From Myxococcota bacterium (GTDB lineage: Bacteria > Myxococcota_A > UBA796 > SXON01), in assembly GCA_040386535.1 (NCBI GenBank), contig JAZKFH010000061.1:1-29019 (forward strand): 29,019 nt of DNA. Reading direction: 5' to 3'. The translations under genes were made by a program, and so were the position numbers. Positions 28,664 to 29,019 of the stretch are shown piece after piece. Within the stretch, counting starts at the first letter, position 1. Every line of letters starts with the position of its first letter. Under the pieces are notes generated by a model that was not told where the DNA came from, ran no database searches, and worked only from the letters and a program-made list of their open reading frames with translations.

Positions 28664-29019
28664 CGGGCGGGTCGGGCTCCTGCGGGCGCGCCCTGGCGGG
28701 CTTGGTCGGCCGGTCGCCCGGCCGGACCGGCCGGCGGAGCCGGCCGCCCTTCGGAGCCCTGGCGCGGGGCGGGTTTTGTCCGTGGGGCGGACGAAGTCGG
28801 GGGACCTGTCGGACAGGGGGGCGGGTTTCGTCCGTGGGGCGGACGAAGTCGGGGGACCTGTCGGGCAGGGGGGCGGGTTGGGTGTGATCCACTTCAGTCG
28901 GCCGGCCAGCGCCAATCCCGCGCCGCGGACCAGAGTCGAGAGATGCTCGGTGATCGGCCGACCCCGGTCCTCCCAGGCGGACCGCAGTCGAGAGATGCTC
29001 GGTCATCGGCCGACTGCGG
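28664..29019. repeat. Repeat mosaic downstream of purL
   Basis: Dispersed-repeat copy 3 (about 28664-28765); two inverted copies of the 52-bp unit (28766-28879); 19-mer GTGTGATCCACTTCAGTCG (28882-28900); another 52-bp-period hairpin pair at 28934 and 28986. Confidence 0.85.

Noticed and set aside
24734..28915. 1393-aa antisense ORF and 1064-aa alternative-frame ORF over purL
   Set aside because: Stop-poor shadow frames expected at this GC content; Arg/Ala/Pro-rich with no motifs

Overview
Very GC-rich bacterial DNA (roughly 70-75% by eye). It is most likely Myxococcota-like, given the MYXO-CTERM tail, PEGA proteins, MopE-type Cys/Asp repeats and large fused PurL. About 20 real genes are present; most ORFs in the supplied track are GC-rich shadow frames. 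Left to right: a three-gene membrane operon (-); a swivel-first LeuD-LeuC aconitase-family fusion (+); a minus-strand surface/signalling cluster (DUF3616-like, two PEGA-type paralogues, PP2C phosphatase, MYXO-CTERM protein); an RRM RNA-binding protein; a GT-C-like membrane protein; a small beta-barrel; a MopE-repeat lipoprotein ending in an intelectin-like domain; a CARF-type RtcR sigma-54 activator divergent from an rtcB2-prfH ribosome rescue/repair pair; a WG-repeat protein; a small lipoprotein; a membrane protein; and purL. The best system-level finding is the RtcR / sigma-54 promoter / rtcB2-prfH module, with a near-identical 14-bp candidate operator in front of both rtcR and rtcB. The intergenic DNA holds several unrelated hairpin repeat families that share a 51-52 bp period, a dispersed stem with a variable loop, and a 380-bp MITE-like element with terminal inverted repeats and a target duplication. 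All family calls come from motif recognition by eye, not database searches.
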